This document shows, piece by piece, positions 25,015 through 37,380 of a stretch of DNA of 64,000 bases. The position numbers were made by a program, and so were the translations under genes. Positions within the stretch are counted from its first letter, which is position 1. Every line of letters starts with the position of its first letter. Location of the stretch: NCBI RefSeq assembly GCF_009834535.1, contig NC_045697.1, positions 44,890,001 to 44,954,000 on the forward strand, in the 5' to 3' direction. The notes beneath the pieces are model-generated. The model searched no databases and was not told the origin of the DNA. It worked only from the letters and a program-made list of their open reading frames with translations. The DNA is from Camelus ferus. Its lineage: Eukaryota.

Positions 25015-26680
25015 TTGCACAGTTTCTGCCTGAGCTTGACTGTTCCCATCGAAATGCATGCCTCCGACAATGCAATGGCTACGGTTTTGTCCCCAAAGAA
25101 ATGTTAGTTTCAAGTTAAGTTCCCCATTGTTTGGAAGCACTGCTTAGGAGAGGACCATCTGCTCTGACTATCCAGGGACCCCAATGGGGCCTTGACTAAA
25201 GCTGGATCAGAAGGACCTCTGTCTTCTAGTATTGAGCTTTATATCCACTATACATCTGGCACCTGAATGGTCAACCACTTTTTCTCATGAGCCGGAATAT
25301 CAGGGAGTGACAGAAGCTTCCTGCTCTGAAAGATGGACCAAAGATCAAGGATACATCTAATGTTCTTAATATCTTAAATGCATTAAGCAGCTGTCAGATA
25401 TGCCATTTAGCGGAATTTTCAAGGAAATCTGGTAGAGGCAACCAGCAGACGCTGCATACTTACTGAAATTCAGACAGACCTAGGATGGCTTCCAAAAGGT
25501 ATTAAATACAGAGACGGTAGGTCCTTGTCTGATGGATTATTTGTCTACTAGTTATTTGTGTAGGGAGGCAACCCAGATACTGTGACTCTGCCGTATTGTC
25601 ATATTACCAAACTAGCTGGCCTTTAAAAGTGATCCAAGATCCTGAGCATGGCTGTAGGGACTTTTGGGAGCCCTAGCCAGCAAAGCCCGTTTCTGTACAG
25701 CAACCACTGGGATACCCGTGCTTGGGCCAGACTCACCTAGAATTCACAAAGGCTGATAGACCACTGTTACAATGGATTTCGTCACGGACCTGCTCCCCTC
25801 CTGTGGCCACAATGAGGGTTGATACCCTCACCAAGATGGCAGATCACAGAACATGTTATCAGTTAGCTGTACTCTGTTCATTAGAGGAATTCCTGTCTCC
25901 ACCATTAGTGTAAAACCTGACCTCTGATTCTAGGTATCAGTTATATCCTAAGTCTAGGAGGCATAGTTCAAAATTCTGCTTTTCCAGAACCATCCATGCT
26001 CTGCTGCTCATCCTCACACTAATGGTCTAGTGGAACATACTGTGGCCTCTTCTACACAGAATCTGACATGCCATGTACCTTGATACTGCTAGGTCTACAT
26101 ATAATGGTTTACATCTCTTCGTACAGAAAGCCCTACAGTTTCTCTTCTCTCTCTCTTTCTTTTTTGCTGTACCTCCAAATACTGCCACACCCCCAACATC
26201 TGGCAGGTACCTGGAAAAACTACCAGTTACCTAAGAGGATCTAGAACACCATTTTCTACATCAAGAAGCCATTCAGTGCTGATTCTTACAGTCTATGGGC
26301 ATCAGGACAATAGTCTGAATGGAAGAAACCTATTTTCTAGAGGACCACTCTTTGGAACTATTTAAGATCAAGAAAAATAATGGCACTGCATTTCCTACTA
26401 TCCTGTGCCTGTGGACACACCCTGGCTCTCACTGGTCTCCATTGCATCTGTCCTCAGAAACTCTGTTCCCACCCCCAGTTCTCAGTCTACCCCTCAGAGT
26501 CTAAGGTAGAGAAACAATGTGTGTGAGTGGAGTTCGTCACTGCAGAGAACAACAACAACTTCCAACACCTGACTGCAGGGATTGGCATGGGCCTCAGCCC
26601 ACCACTCATCTCATCAGTCCCCCGGTGTGTGCCATCCAGCAAATCTGCGGTGGCCTCAAGACCCGCTGCCCAGGGATGGT
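25015..26680 (+). mobile_element. Fossil Ty3/Gypsy (chromovirus, sushi-like) pol 3' half: RNase H, integrase (HHCC, DDE), GPY/F, chromodomain; many stops and frameshifts
   Basis: Ordered motifs: IEMHASDNAMATVLS (25048), KEML (25095), WKHCLGE (25132), LYIHYTSG (25237), PEY (25292), CHITKLAG (25597), RDFWEP (25656), WDTRAWAR (25708), TVTMDFVTDLLPSCGHN (25763), VDTLTKMA (25818), LTSDSRYQL (25917), SAAHPHTNGLVEHTVASSTQNLTCHV (26000-26077), ARSTYNGLH (26088), LEDHSLELFKIKK...THPGSHWSPL (in ORF 26319-26504), chromo-like segment at about 26517-26600. Confidence 0.85.
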
Positions 26681-26699
26681 TTTCTGCATTGTAAGAATA

Positions 26700-27390
26700 A
26701 CAGTTTGGGGGAAGAATTTAATATATATCTCAAGAAAAAATGATGGAGCCCAAAGCAACCAATGTCTGCTATATGAAGCCAGCTGCTTAGAATAACTTGG
26801 CCAGAATATGGCTCTGAAGCACAACATTCAGGTGGAGTTTATAATATGAATATAAAGTGAGGAAGCTGATGAATAAAATCAGCAAGAATTATATACCACA
26901 ATAAATAATAGATGCAAAATGTGAAGTGAATAAAATACTTTTTGAAACTCCAGCTACAGCAAAAACCAAATTATTTTTTTCCTAAAAAGCTGGAGAAAAT
27001 CAGCAGGTAAAAAGTTTGAAGCTGTTAGAATTCCTATAAGAACAATGAAGAGAGGCTTATTATCTAAAAGTGGAAAAAGTCTGGTGACACTGAGGAAAAG
27101 CTGTGAGTCTAGAAAATTTCATTGTGGAACTGTCTCATGGCAGTAAAAGTGATTAAAAATGGGAAAAGGACAAATAACGCTAAGGCACTGGAAAATGAAG
27201 AAGAAACAAAATATTTAATAGCAGACATGGTGGCTGAGGAAGGGAATAGCACAACTGAGTTTTGAGGAATGGAAGCGTTCCAGGGCCTGTGAATCCACGG
27301 TTGCACCACACAAAGCTTTTTGAGGACCTTCGGCAAATAGAATGAAGGAGAAATAAATAATGAATGTCAAAGACTAAGAAAGATTTTAGA
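26700..27390 (+). mobile_element. Possible ancient non-LTR fragment (RTE-X/L4-like)
   Basis: A-rich, coding-like degenerate sequence with loose remembered similarity to L4 ('agaatatggctctgaagcacaaca...gaatataaa', 'ttttgaggaccttc'). Weak. Confidence 0.3.
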
Positions 27391-27814
27391 AACTGTAGAA
27401 CACCACCACTACTGAAGACTCACTGCAGTAGATTTTACCTGCAGGACCTGCTGTGGTTAGCTAGGTTAACAAAGGGCGTGTCACAAGGTTTTGCAATACA
27501 GCATATGTGGTAGTAAATACATGAATGGAACAAAAATCCCAGAACATTCCAAAGGAAAATAATAGAATCTATGTTATATTTGAATTAATGAGATGCTTTT
27601 GTTTTATCCAACAAACTATGATTGTTTTTCTTTAAGACCGTGTTAAAATTTATGGTGCTTTAAGTTACCCTCAGCATATCTGGCCAGCCCATGTGAGCAT
27701 TTTTGAAATCACTGAATAGAAGAGAGAGGAGATGAAAGCCTGAAGGCAATGAAATATGTCAGCCAACGTCTGGCTTTATTCTATATGTAGTCTGTTGATA
27801 ATCTCTGCATTCAC

Positions 27815-28210
27815 CCAGATATCACTGAGAGAAGCAGAACCAGTAGGAGACATATATCAATAAATTTATTTCAAGGAATTGATTGCACATTTTGGGGCTG
27901 GCTGGGCAGGTCTAAAATCCATAGGTTGAGCTATCAGGACAGGAAGGCTAGGACTCTCAGGCACAGGCTGGAGCTTCTGCCCACAGGTGGAATTTTCCTC
28001 CCCTTCTGGAAGCCTTAACTGTGCTCTTAAGGGCTTTCAACTGACTGCATGAGGCCCACTCAGGTTATCTAGGATGATCTCCCTTACTTAAAGTCAACTG
28101 ATTATAGACTTTAGTCACATCTGCAAAATATCTTCACAACAGATAGATTAGTGTTTGACTGAATGACTAGAACTGTAGCTGGCCAGGCTGGCACATCAAA
28201 ATACTACCAA
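27815..28210 (-). mobile_element. MLT2 (ERVL) LTR
   Basis: 'agagaagcagaaccagtaggaga...tttatttcaaggaattg...tttcaactgactgcatgaggcccac...ccttacttaaagtcaactgattatagac...cacatctgcaaaatatcttcaca'. Confidence 0.85.
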
Positions 28211-28389
28211 ACTCTCTTAGGGAAACTTGGTAAGAATGAGGTGTGAAAGGAAAAGGAATACAGTTATAGGAGCTCAGCCAAGGAGCATGTTGGTCATTTA
28301 TTCTGATAATAAAGAAATGGAGAATGCATTTTTTAACCTATATGACTGGAATTTGAAAAATACTGGATGGAGCAAAAGTCATTAATTCA

Positions 28390-28585
28390 CTCGCTTAATC
28401 ATCGACTCACCATTACCCTTGTGCATTCATCAACATTTTTTTCCATCTAATGTGTGAGGCACAGGGTTATAACAATAAGGCACAGCCTTTTTGAATAAAT
28501 GGCTCCCAGCCTGGTAAGAGAGATACAGAAGTAAAAAGGCATTTACAAAATGTAGAAGCGTATTTATGCTATGGGAACAGCAAGG
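28390..28585 (-). mobile_element. L2 3' fragment
   Basis: 'cattcatcaacattttttccatctaatgtgtgaggcacaggg...gctcccagcctggtaagagagatacag'. Confidence 0.55.
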
Positions 28586-29134
28586 AAGACCAATGAGATG
28601 GTAGATAAATGGAAATGAACATGTATTGAAGTGTAGAAATAGGTGATAGGCCAGTGAAAATTCTTGGCATATATGATAAGAAGATGAATAATGAAAATGG
28701 TAATAAAAATAGAGGAAGTAAAAAGTTAGCAGGCAGGGGAGGGTAACATTTTATGCTAATTTCCCTCTTACATATTCATGAAGTATGGCTCCCCCACCAA
28801 GAGTATGTGTGATCCCACCAACAGTAATGAAGATCTTTTTACGGCCTGTGGACAAGCAGCACGATCTCAGAGGGCAGGTGCCCATCTGCTGGGCTGGAGG
28901 GGAATAAGCATGCTGTGTAGGATTTTTTCACACTTCAGGGTTGCGGCATTTCAACTTTAAGAGGCCAGAAGATAAGAATGATGGCTGAGTATGCGGATAA
29001 CTGAAATACCAAATTTCTGAGTTGGCTCAGAAGGCTCCACTGGAAAGGAATAATGTTTATAGTGAATTTCTCTGTCCCCGAAGGCATCAGGTTATGTTTC
29101 CTCCTTTCCCCCCGTCTTCCAAAATAGACCTCCA

Positions 29135-29600
29135 CTGTATTAACTTGGGCTCTTAGTGGCAAGTAATAGAAATCAATTCAAACAGGCTGAACACAAAATG
29201 ATTGTTGTAAGAATGAAGGAATAGATCATAGAACCAAGGGCGGGAGGGTAGCTGGATCTCAGACGGGGGCTGCACTGGGGGTTTTCATGCTCACTCTCCT
29301 TCTCTCCTGTCTGCTCACTAACTTCATCCTCCCTGGGAACCAGTGGTCTTAGGTCTCCCGTCCCCGTGGTGGAATATCTGCTACATCACGGACTGTTTGC
29401 TGCAGAGTTAACAATTACAGCTGCAGCTACACAGAGATGGTCCCAGTTCTAAACCGCATGGACCTGGTTTGGACCAGGTATCTGCCCATTCAGTCAGGTA
29501 CAGCCCAGGATGGGGAGCAGAGAGGCTCTGAGCTCTACAGTGGGAGAGATGGGGCATGGGCTAGTTAGATGTCTCCAGGGAAGCGCCCAGAAAGAGAAGG
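29135..29600 (-). mobile_element. Old MLT1 (K/L-type) LTR, degenerate
   Basis: Terminus 'tgtattaacttgggctcttagtggcaagtaatagaaatcaattcaaacaggctgaacacaaaa'. Confidence 0.55.
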
Positions 29601-31333
29601 GGGGTGTGGAGGTGCACCTTCTACACTCTCAGCACTTTCTGTGACATTCTTGGTTCCTACCTTTATTTTTCATCCTGACCTATGCGTGGGCCTTATTTTC
29701 ATAGCCCTAGAAAACTATGATGCCTGAGATCCAGAGTGAGGTCTTTAGGAAACAACAGTCCATGGGCTTCGTTTATTTTTCCATTTTAGTAAAACCATAG
29801 TAACACACTGAATCAAACATCTGCCCTTCCCACTTCTCTTTCACTGGAGTCCACCTTCCCCAGGAATTAAAAAGCAAAAACCCAGCGGATCATTGCATCT
29901 CACTCAGCTCCTCTTGTGTGCTTAGCATTGCAGAGATCGGTATCAGGGATATAGAAGGAGCATAAGATATGGAGCTTGCAAAAAAGAAAAAGGCTTAGTG
30001 TTATCTATTGAAAGAATAAAAGATTGCAAATAAGCCTTACTGTATCAGATTAATATTCTAATACAACATACTAATATGATAGACATAATGCCACAAAGTA
30101 CTAGAGAAACACACTTGGGGCACTGTTCTCCCTTGGCTTCTCGTGTACCTGTGGGTCAGACTTCTAGCTCGGCCTCACCCCGTGTGCCTCTCCTGCTTCC
30201 TCAGGGAGAGAGGAGAAGGCCTGGTGAGATCGGGGCAGAAACCCTGAGAAACACCTGGCTGGGGAGAAGGTGAACGTGAATATGGAAATATTTCTGAACC
30301 TGACTAGTGGTTTTTGAAATCAAATTTATTAGACTTCTCTCCCCCTTATACCCGACCACCTCTCCATAGATATCTATAGTGATGGTAATTGCTCTATTTT
30401 TCTGAGCGTTAGCCCTTGTAATAGTCTTATAATGATAATATATTTTACATGGTAATATCCTAATAAGAATACTACATGTAGGATTAGGTGAATTGTATTT
30501 GACAAATTTAATTTTAAAAAGCTAACAGGAAAAGCCACATCCCAATGAGATTAAACGCTGACTTAAGTCCTCAAAGCGGGAAATTGCTGGAAGGTTAATT
30601 TTGCCTTTATCATGGCTCCGCTCCCTACTCCCAGAGGACTTTGCAGCTGCTCCTATCATAGCCTGTGCTCTGAGCCTCTGAAGCGCTTGTGGGCTCCCGG
30701 GTGAATGGCAGGTGAACTTCAAAGTGAGTTTTTCCTTGTTACTTTTACTGCTTATCTCTTAACAGACCAAGTGAAGATTAGCAAATGGATGAATTTAAGT
30801 GAACAAATTCAGAGGTTTGTGGGGAAAGATGATCAACAGGCTTAAAAGTAATTTAATATCCTCTGGCCCTGGATGATTTTCTCCTTCTTTTATAAATAGT
30901 TCAACAGAGTAAAATCTCTCTTAGTTTTTGACAGGAAGAGTCTGTTTAATTTTTCAGTGTATCAGCAGTTTCAGAAGTTTGGTTTTGTAAAAAAATCCAA
31001 CCAACCAACCAACCAAACAAAAACTCAAAGTGCCATAAAGTTCACAAAGCTAAATTTGAAATTTGAAGGCAAACCTGTCACATCATGCTTTTAGGGAGAT
31101 GGAATGGAGTCTCCCTCAGAAATAGTGCCAGGAAGGGAGGTAGCTCTGACCGCAGGCCCCTCCTAAGGGTGTGAAGGAAGCAACTTCTATCATGACGACT
31201 CACTGGAAAACAGCCACAATTTTATTATAATAAAGTAAATATAAAATTTAATTTAATGGTAATAGGAAATACAGCATTTTCCCTCTTGTCTGTAATTGTG
31301 CCCAGTGTCATACATAGAATATTCTGTCTAAGG

Positions 31334-31711
31334 TTATGATAGTTGATTTTATGTGTCAAGTCGGTTTGGCCACAGTGCCCAGAGCTGTGGTCAGATGTTA
31401 TTCTGGATGTCTCTGTTGAGGGTGTTTTTGGATGAGGTTAACATTTACATTGGTGGACTTTGAGTAAAGCAGATTGCCCTCCGTAGTGTGGGTGGGCCTC
31501 AGCCAATCATTTGAAGGTCCAAATAGAACAAAAGTGTGGCTCGTCCCTGGGTCTCTGGCCTGCAGGCACCCCCCTGCAGATTTTGGACTTATCAACCTTC
31601 ATAACTGTATGATTTAATTCTTTAAAATTGCTCTTTGTCTCTCTGCCGCTCATACACACACAGACACACATGCACATATCTCCTATTGGTTCTGTTTCCC
31701 AGACTAACACA
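31334..31711 (+). mobile_element. MLT2 (ERVL) LTR
   Basis: 'tatgatagttgattttatgtgtcaag...gagggtgtttttggatgaggttaacatttacattggtggactttgagtaaagcagattgccctcc...tctcctattggttctgtttccc..actaacaca'. Confidence 0.9.
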
Positions 31712-34024
31712 GAGATTGAGTTCTATTATTTGAAGGGGAGGGGGGAGAGAAAAAAGAGAAAATAAAGCAGCTCCCTTTAAAAGTAGCTCCCCTTAAGAAT
31801 TTATTTAAATGGTATAGAGTCTGTTACTTCCTTTAAAACACTACCTCTTGAATGTATAAGTTTACAAATCTTTTAAAAGGTGTTTTATTTAAGCAAGCAC
31901 TTAATGATTTGGAACAAAACCTGCAGTAGGAAGTAGATTGTGTGGGACACATTTTAACAAGTATTAGATTGTGAACTCATGGAAGACGAGGTCATTTGCA
32001 TCATACCGGGTTCAGTCTCTGACCTGCTGTATTGAGCCATAGGAAACTGCTGATATTTGAGTGTGTCTGACCTGTAACAGAAAGCAATTACATATGGTTC
32101 AATCCAATAGAAGTATATTGTATTCTTGTATGACAATGGCCAGAAAAAAGCATTTCTAGATTTTTTCCACTTAGTTTCCTTGATTTAGAATCAGGGTTTT
32201 TTTTTTTTTTCTTTTTATGACCAGTGTAGTGAGTATATGATAAAGGTAACCAAATACTTTATGTGAATAATACACAAACTTGGGCAGGACGATTGACTCT
32301 ATAAATATTTTTCATCAAATCTTGGAATTTCAACTCTTTTCTGAGTACACGACAACACTCCTGAAATCATAGATACAATCTCTTTTCCCCCTTAATGTAG
32401 ATTCCACCTACGGCACATTCCACGCAAGTGGACTGGCTGTATACCAGACGTTCACATTGATGCTACTGAAGTGCCAGTTGGTGTTCAATGTGTCCCTTAG
32501 TTGTTATCAATAAAATCTCTAGCCGGGCAAGATCTGTTTGTGTGTAACAGCAATGCCTTACACTTGGGTAGCCCTTGACAGCTGAGAAAGCTCATTCTCC
32601 TGTCATCTTCACACAAACATCACACAATACGTTGTCTTTCCCATATTTATCACGGAGAAGACGCAGCCCAGACAGCCGAACTCACTTGCTGAGGTTACAT
32701 AACTTAATGGAAGGAGCGGGAACTTTAAGTCACTCTGGGCACTGTTACTTTACCACCAAGAGATTGATTCCCAGCTTTTCTGCACCTCGCTCATCTCCTT
32801 CCAATTTGCTTCTAACCCATTTTTGTGGATTAGCTCACCGCAGGACCATGAGTTGCTCATGTCACAGGATTCTGCACATTTTCGAGGCTGTGTTTTCAAG
32901 GAAAGTCTTAGCAGTTCCCTGCTGCATTCTGGTGAATGATCTCGTCTATCTCTGAGCTTGTTCTTGTTCCAAGATACAGAGCTGGCTTTGCAAATGGCCC
33001 ATAAAGCACGTGTACTTTGAAATCATAGCCATCTGCGTGTGGCGGAGCTGGGAATGTGGCACCGAGCAGCAGGCTGTTTACAAACCTCATTTGCCTGGTT
33101 CGCTCAAAGAGGAGACATCAGGATACCTGGGTAGCTGTTGTACAGTAAGCTGAATTCAGAAACTGTGGAAAATGAGGGAAGAAAAATTGGTGAGGGACTT
33201 CTTAAGGTCCTGCCTTGAGTGCTGGAGAACAGCAGGGACTAAGTGGGAAATATGTGGCCATAGGCCAGCCTGGCTGTTACCAACTGGCTAGAAGAGTCCT
33301 TTCCAGCACAGGTGCAGATGGAAGGTTGGTCTCAGGCAAGATGCCTTGGAGTCCAAGGGCTGTTCCCAACTCTGCTCTGTGTCTGCCCGAGGACTGTGCA
33401 TACAGCCCAGACACATAGATTGGAAGAAAAAAATTGTCCAAATCAGCAGAACGTTCCTTGTGGTCACAGAATAACACTGACTTTGTAGTTAAGGAAAAAT
33501 TATTTACCGCTTTGTTTCAGTATCTTTTAGCACCGTTGCTGGTATCTTTTATTCTTGGAAGGAAAAAAATTACAGTTCTCATTTGCTATTGGGTTATCTG
33601 AATCTGTCTTGACTATTGTATAAATTCACAGAGTTTGCAGCTGTATCTTCAAATGTAGTTCACAGTTTCCCTAATTATGGATTTTCTTTCTTGTGAATTT
33701 ATTTTTCAGGCTTTTGCCTAGACATTTATAGTTGCTTCGTGCTTTCTGGCTCAGTGCCACAGGGACAATTCAGGCACAAAACAAACATTAGCAGACTAGA
33801 ATACAAGATCAGTCTCCTCTCTTACTAATTACCACCCATTCCCGCTGACAGAGTCTTCAGATCTTAAGGAGAAAACACACGATTTACCTGAAAAGCAGGG
33901 GCAAGCTCTGTGTGTAATTTCACCTGGCTGGGTGTGCTTTGTCAGAGCAGTTTTCAGTGCTGACTTTCTGGTTGGCACAACTTAAACAACAGCTGCAGCA
34001 CCAAGGTCACCTCTAGCATTGGAA

Positions 34025-34150
34025 TTGAACCTCGATTTCCCCATCTGTAAAATTGGAATAATCATAGCTACATCATAATGTTTGAAGGTCAAGTGAGTTA
34101 ATGAATGATAAATGGCTTTGTAAGCTGTAAAGTGCTGTTAAGAACTTCAG
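34025..34150 (+). mobile_element. MIR SINE fragment
   Basis: 'gaacctcgatttccccatctgtaaaattggaataatcatagctacatcata...tttgtaagctgtaaagtgct'. Confidence 0.75.
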
Positions 34151-34374
34151 CTGCTGTGATGAAGATTGCTATGATTTTTGGAAGTTAGAGAATTTCTACA
34201 CTGTCAATTTTAAATTGCCCTTTCCTTTTTTTGTTCCCTTAATGAATTAATTTGCTTATAGGTATTATGATTAGAATACATACACATACACACACCACAC
34301 AATTCCTTATAGATTACTTTCTAAGAATTGTGAAAGGATTGGTTTTAAAAATCATGACTACATAGAATTTTGAG

Positions 34375-34593
34375 AGGGGTTGGCAAACTGCAGCCCACTG
34401 ACAAAATCTGGCCAGCTGCCTGTATTTGTAAATAAAGTTTTATTGGAACACAGCCTGCGCATTTGTTTACAAACTGCCTATAACTTCTTTTGAGCCACAA
34501 CAACAGAGTTGGTTACTTGCCATAGACTGTACAACCCGAGAAGCCTAAAGCATTCACTGTCTGGCCCTTTACAGAAAATGTTTATGACCCCTG
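34375..34593 (+). mobile_element. MER58A (hAT-Charlie)
   Basis: 'aggggttggcaaactgcagccc...tttgtaaataaagttttattggaacacagcc...ctggccctttacagaaaatgtttatgacccctg', with terminal inverted ends. Confidence 0.9.
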
Positions 34594-36619
34594 AATTTGA
34601 CCAAAGGATTTGACAGAATAAAAGAAATGTTAACTTCTCAGCCTGAACATATCCTTTAATGTCCCCAGTGGTTCAGTTAAATGAACATTTTGACACACCA
34701 GTGGGGAGAATATAAACTGATGTAGCCTTTTTAAAGGACAATTTGTCAATACGTATCAAGCGTTTGAAAATTTTTCCTTCAATTTTAGTCGATGAGTATT
34801 AATAGTGTTTACTTCTGAGTCATGGTACTTCATGTGCTTTTAGAAACAAGTGAACAAAAACTCTTCTAACTCTTAAAATTCCCTGCTGTCAGCTTTAGAA
34901 TCTTTATAAGAACCAGATAAAAACACAAACATACCAACTCATATGATGTTGTGGGGAAAACAGGCCCCTAGTTCAGTGCCACGTCAGCGGCTATTGTTTA
35001 AGGAGCTGTAGAGAGAGGCCCTTTGGTCTGTGGTTAGGCATTCTGTATTTTGTTTTGCAAGTTTAGAGCCTTATTTTTAGATTTCCTTTAGGTTGAACAG
35101 ATCCTAGGCTCTAAATGCTTCTATGTACTTTCTGATCAAACATTTCTGTTTCTCTTATAATTGATACACATGTGTGCGTGCACACTCACACACCCGAAAT
35201 GACGATTCAGGATTAGTAACAAAAATATTATTATCTATTTTCAACTTTTCTTTTTCTGGAGCAATTAATTTTATGTGGGAAGTCCTTGTGTTTAACCAAT
35301 AATGTCTTGTCTTTGGTAGACAGGAATTACAGTGGCTAAATACATTATTTTAAAGATTCAGTTAAAAAAAAAAAGATTTCTAGTTAGAATAGCTAAAGTT
35401 GCAATAACGAAACTCAGAAAGAAAAAAAGGGAAAGAAATGGAATACAAGTTTAGAGCTTTTGCTATGGTTTAAAAATGACTTTATTCTGGAATCTATTTG
35501 CATTTATTATTCTTTTGTAGTCAGTGGTGTTTCCCTTCTTTGCTATCTTAACATTCTTCCTTCAGGGATAAATGCATGAGAGGAAGTGGTAACCCATGGC
35601 AACCAGGCACTGTGTGAGAGGGCCAGACTAACTTGGAGGTGTACTTAATATTTTCTTGGTGAGGAAACCTTGTGGAAATGATTTCCCTTTTCCCCATTTT
35701 CATAATTCACAAGGAATGCACGTGGAATGCCATAATGAATGCACTGTGAGATATGCTGCTAGAGGATGGAACCTAGTTATCAGCTTCTGAAGTTCTGTTT
35801 CAAGGCTGCATAACTGTATTAGAAAGCCTGGGGGCTTCTCAGTACATATGCAAAAGCTAAATGAGTGCTTATCAAAAGCATGTGTTTTCTCACACTCAGA
35901 GATGCAATTTTGGTGATTACCAAGTGACTTGTGCTTCAAGAAAGAGTCAAGAACTAGACTTATGAAAAAATAGACTGTGTCTTCTGTGTGTATATTGACT
36001 GAGATAAAGCATGCATACACAAGTAGGATCTATAGATAAATGTGTCCCTGAGCATAGAGATGGAGTTCTACTTTCTTGGAAGGGCTAGAGACTCTGATAA
36101 AAATTCTAAGAGAGACCTGTCTGTCCCCACTTACATAGATAAACATATCACAATGTATTATTTGTTTCACTATGGAAATGGAGTATTGCTTCTATTTTTA
36201 CTGTTAATTTTTTCCTGCCAAATAGGAAAGCTTGACAAACTGATTATTAAATCTGAGTATAGACGAAAGCATGAAATAGGATGTAGAGGAAAGGGCTTAC
36301 TGTACTTCACTCTCTAGAACAAAACTCGGTGACAACTCTTCTCAAATAAAAAGAAACCATTAAATATTTAATGATAAGAAATTAATGGTGATTCTTTGCA
36401 TTTGCAAAATGTACCTCCTTCATTACAAAGATCATGAGCACATGGTGGCCTTATTAATTTTACTTTGCCCTGTGAGTTAAGTAGCAGGGCAGATTTTACC
36501 ACAGGGGGAAAATATCACTGTAATATCTGTAAGTGTGTATTAGTGATATACGTGTGTGTTGTTATATGTGCACTTGTGATATGTATGTATGTGTGCATAC
36601 ATATGTACATATATATCCT

Positions 36620-37380
36620 CCATGCATACGTATACAGGCATCAGCATTATTTACAACAGCAGAAAACCCTAGAATCAGACAGCTTGAATGTGTATCAATA
36701 GGAAGTGGGCTAAATAAATCATAGTTCTATGAAGAGCCTTTAAAAAAATTAAGTTTGTAGGAAAGTGGCCAAAAGGTACCAACTTCCAGTTATAAGATAA
36801 ATAAGTACTAGGATGTGATGTGCAGCATGATGGCTCTAGTTAACACTGCTGTGTGACACATAGGAAAGTTGTTAAGAAAGTAAATCCTAAGAATTATCAT
36901 CGCAGGGAGAACATTTTTTCCTTCTTTGTTTTCCTTGTATTGTATCTCTATGAGATGATGGATGTTAGCTGAACCTATTATGATAATCATTTCACAATAC
37001 ATGTAAATCAAACCATCAGGCTGTGTGCTTTAAACTTATACAGTGATGTATGGCAATTATTTCTCAATAAAATTGGGAAAAGAAAGGAATGTAGTCCATT
37101 TCTATGGGCTACTATGAATGTTCTCCAAGATAGCAAATCAAGTAAAAAGAAAAAGTGCTAAATAGTGTGAATGATCTCATTTATATAAAGAAAAGACACA
37201 CCCATGCTGGCCAGTTATAACTTTCTGTTTGGGAAGGATGCATAAAAAGCTATTGTTAATAGTTAGATTTGGAGAGAAGGTGTGGGGTTTGGAGGAGAGA
37301 GAATTTTACATCTCATATCTTCTTAACCTGCATGAAATTTTTATGTGCCAGTAGTAATTTTGTCATTTAAAAGTATTAAG
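36620..37380 (+). mobile_element. Old L1ME-like 3' fragment interrupted by a younger L1MA-lineage 3' end (about 36765-37082)
   Basis: Outer: 'cagcattatttacaacagcagaaaaccctag' and 'gttctccaagatagcaaatcaagtaaaaag'. Inner: 'aaaggtaccaacttccagttataagataaataagtactagg...aaacttatacagtgatgtatggcaattatttctcaataaaattgggaaaa'. Confidence 0.75.

Noticed and set aside
25015..26680. Gypsy region as an intact domesticated (Mart/SIRH-like) gene
   Set aside because: Multiple stops, frameshifts, a deletion inside RNase H and mutated zinc-finger cysteines. It is a fossil, not a coding gene, in this genome.
26750..26830. Dong/R4-like 'NNLARI..MALKHNI' motif
   Set aside because: No CCHC knuckle or PD..D endonuclease motif could be reconstructed. 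An L4/RTE-like origin fits at least as well.
30700..30820. ATG GCA GGT GAA CTT CAA A|gtgagt as a possible alternative first exon, with an acceptor (taacag) at 30765
   Set aside because: The donor and acceptor are only about 42 nt apart. No CpG island or clear promoter. Cannot be supported without transcripts.
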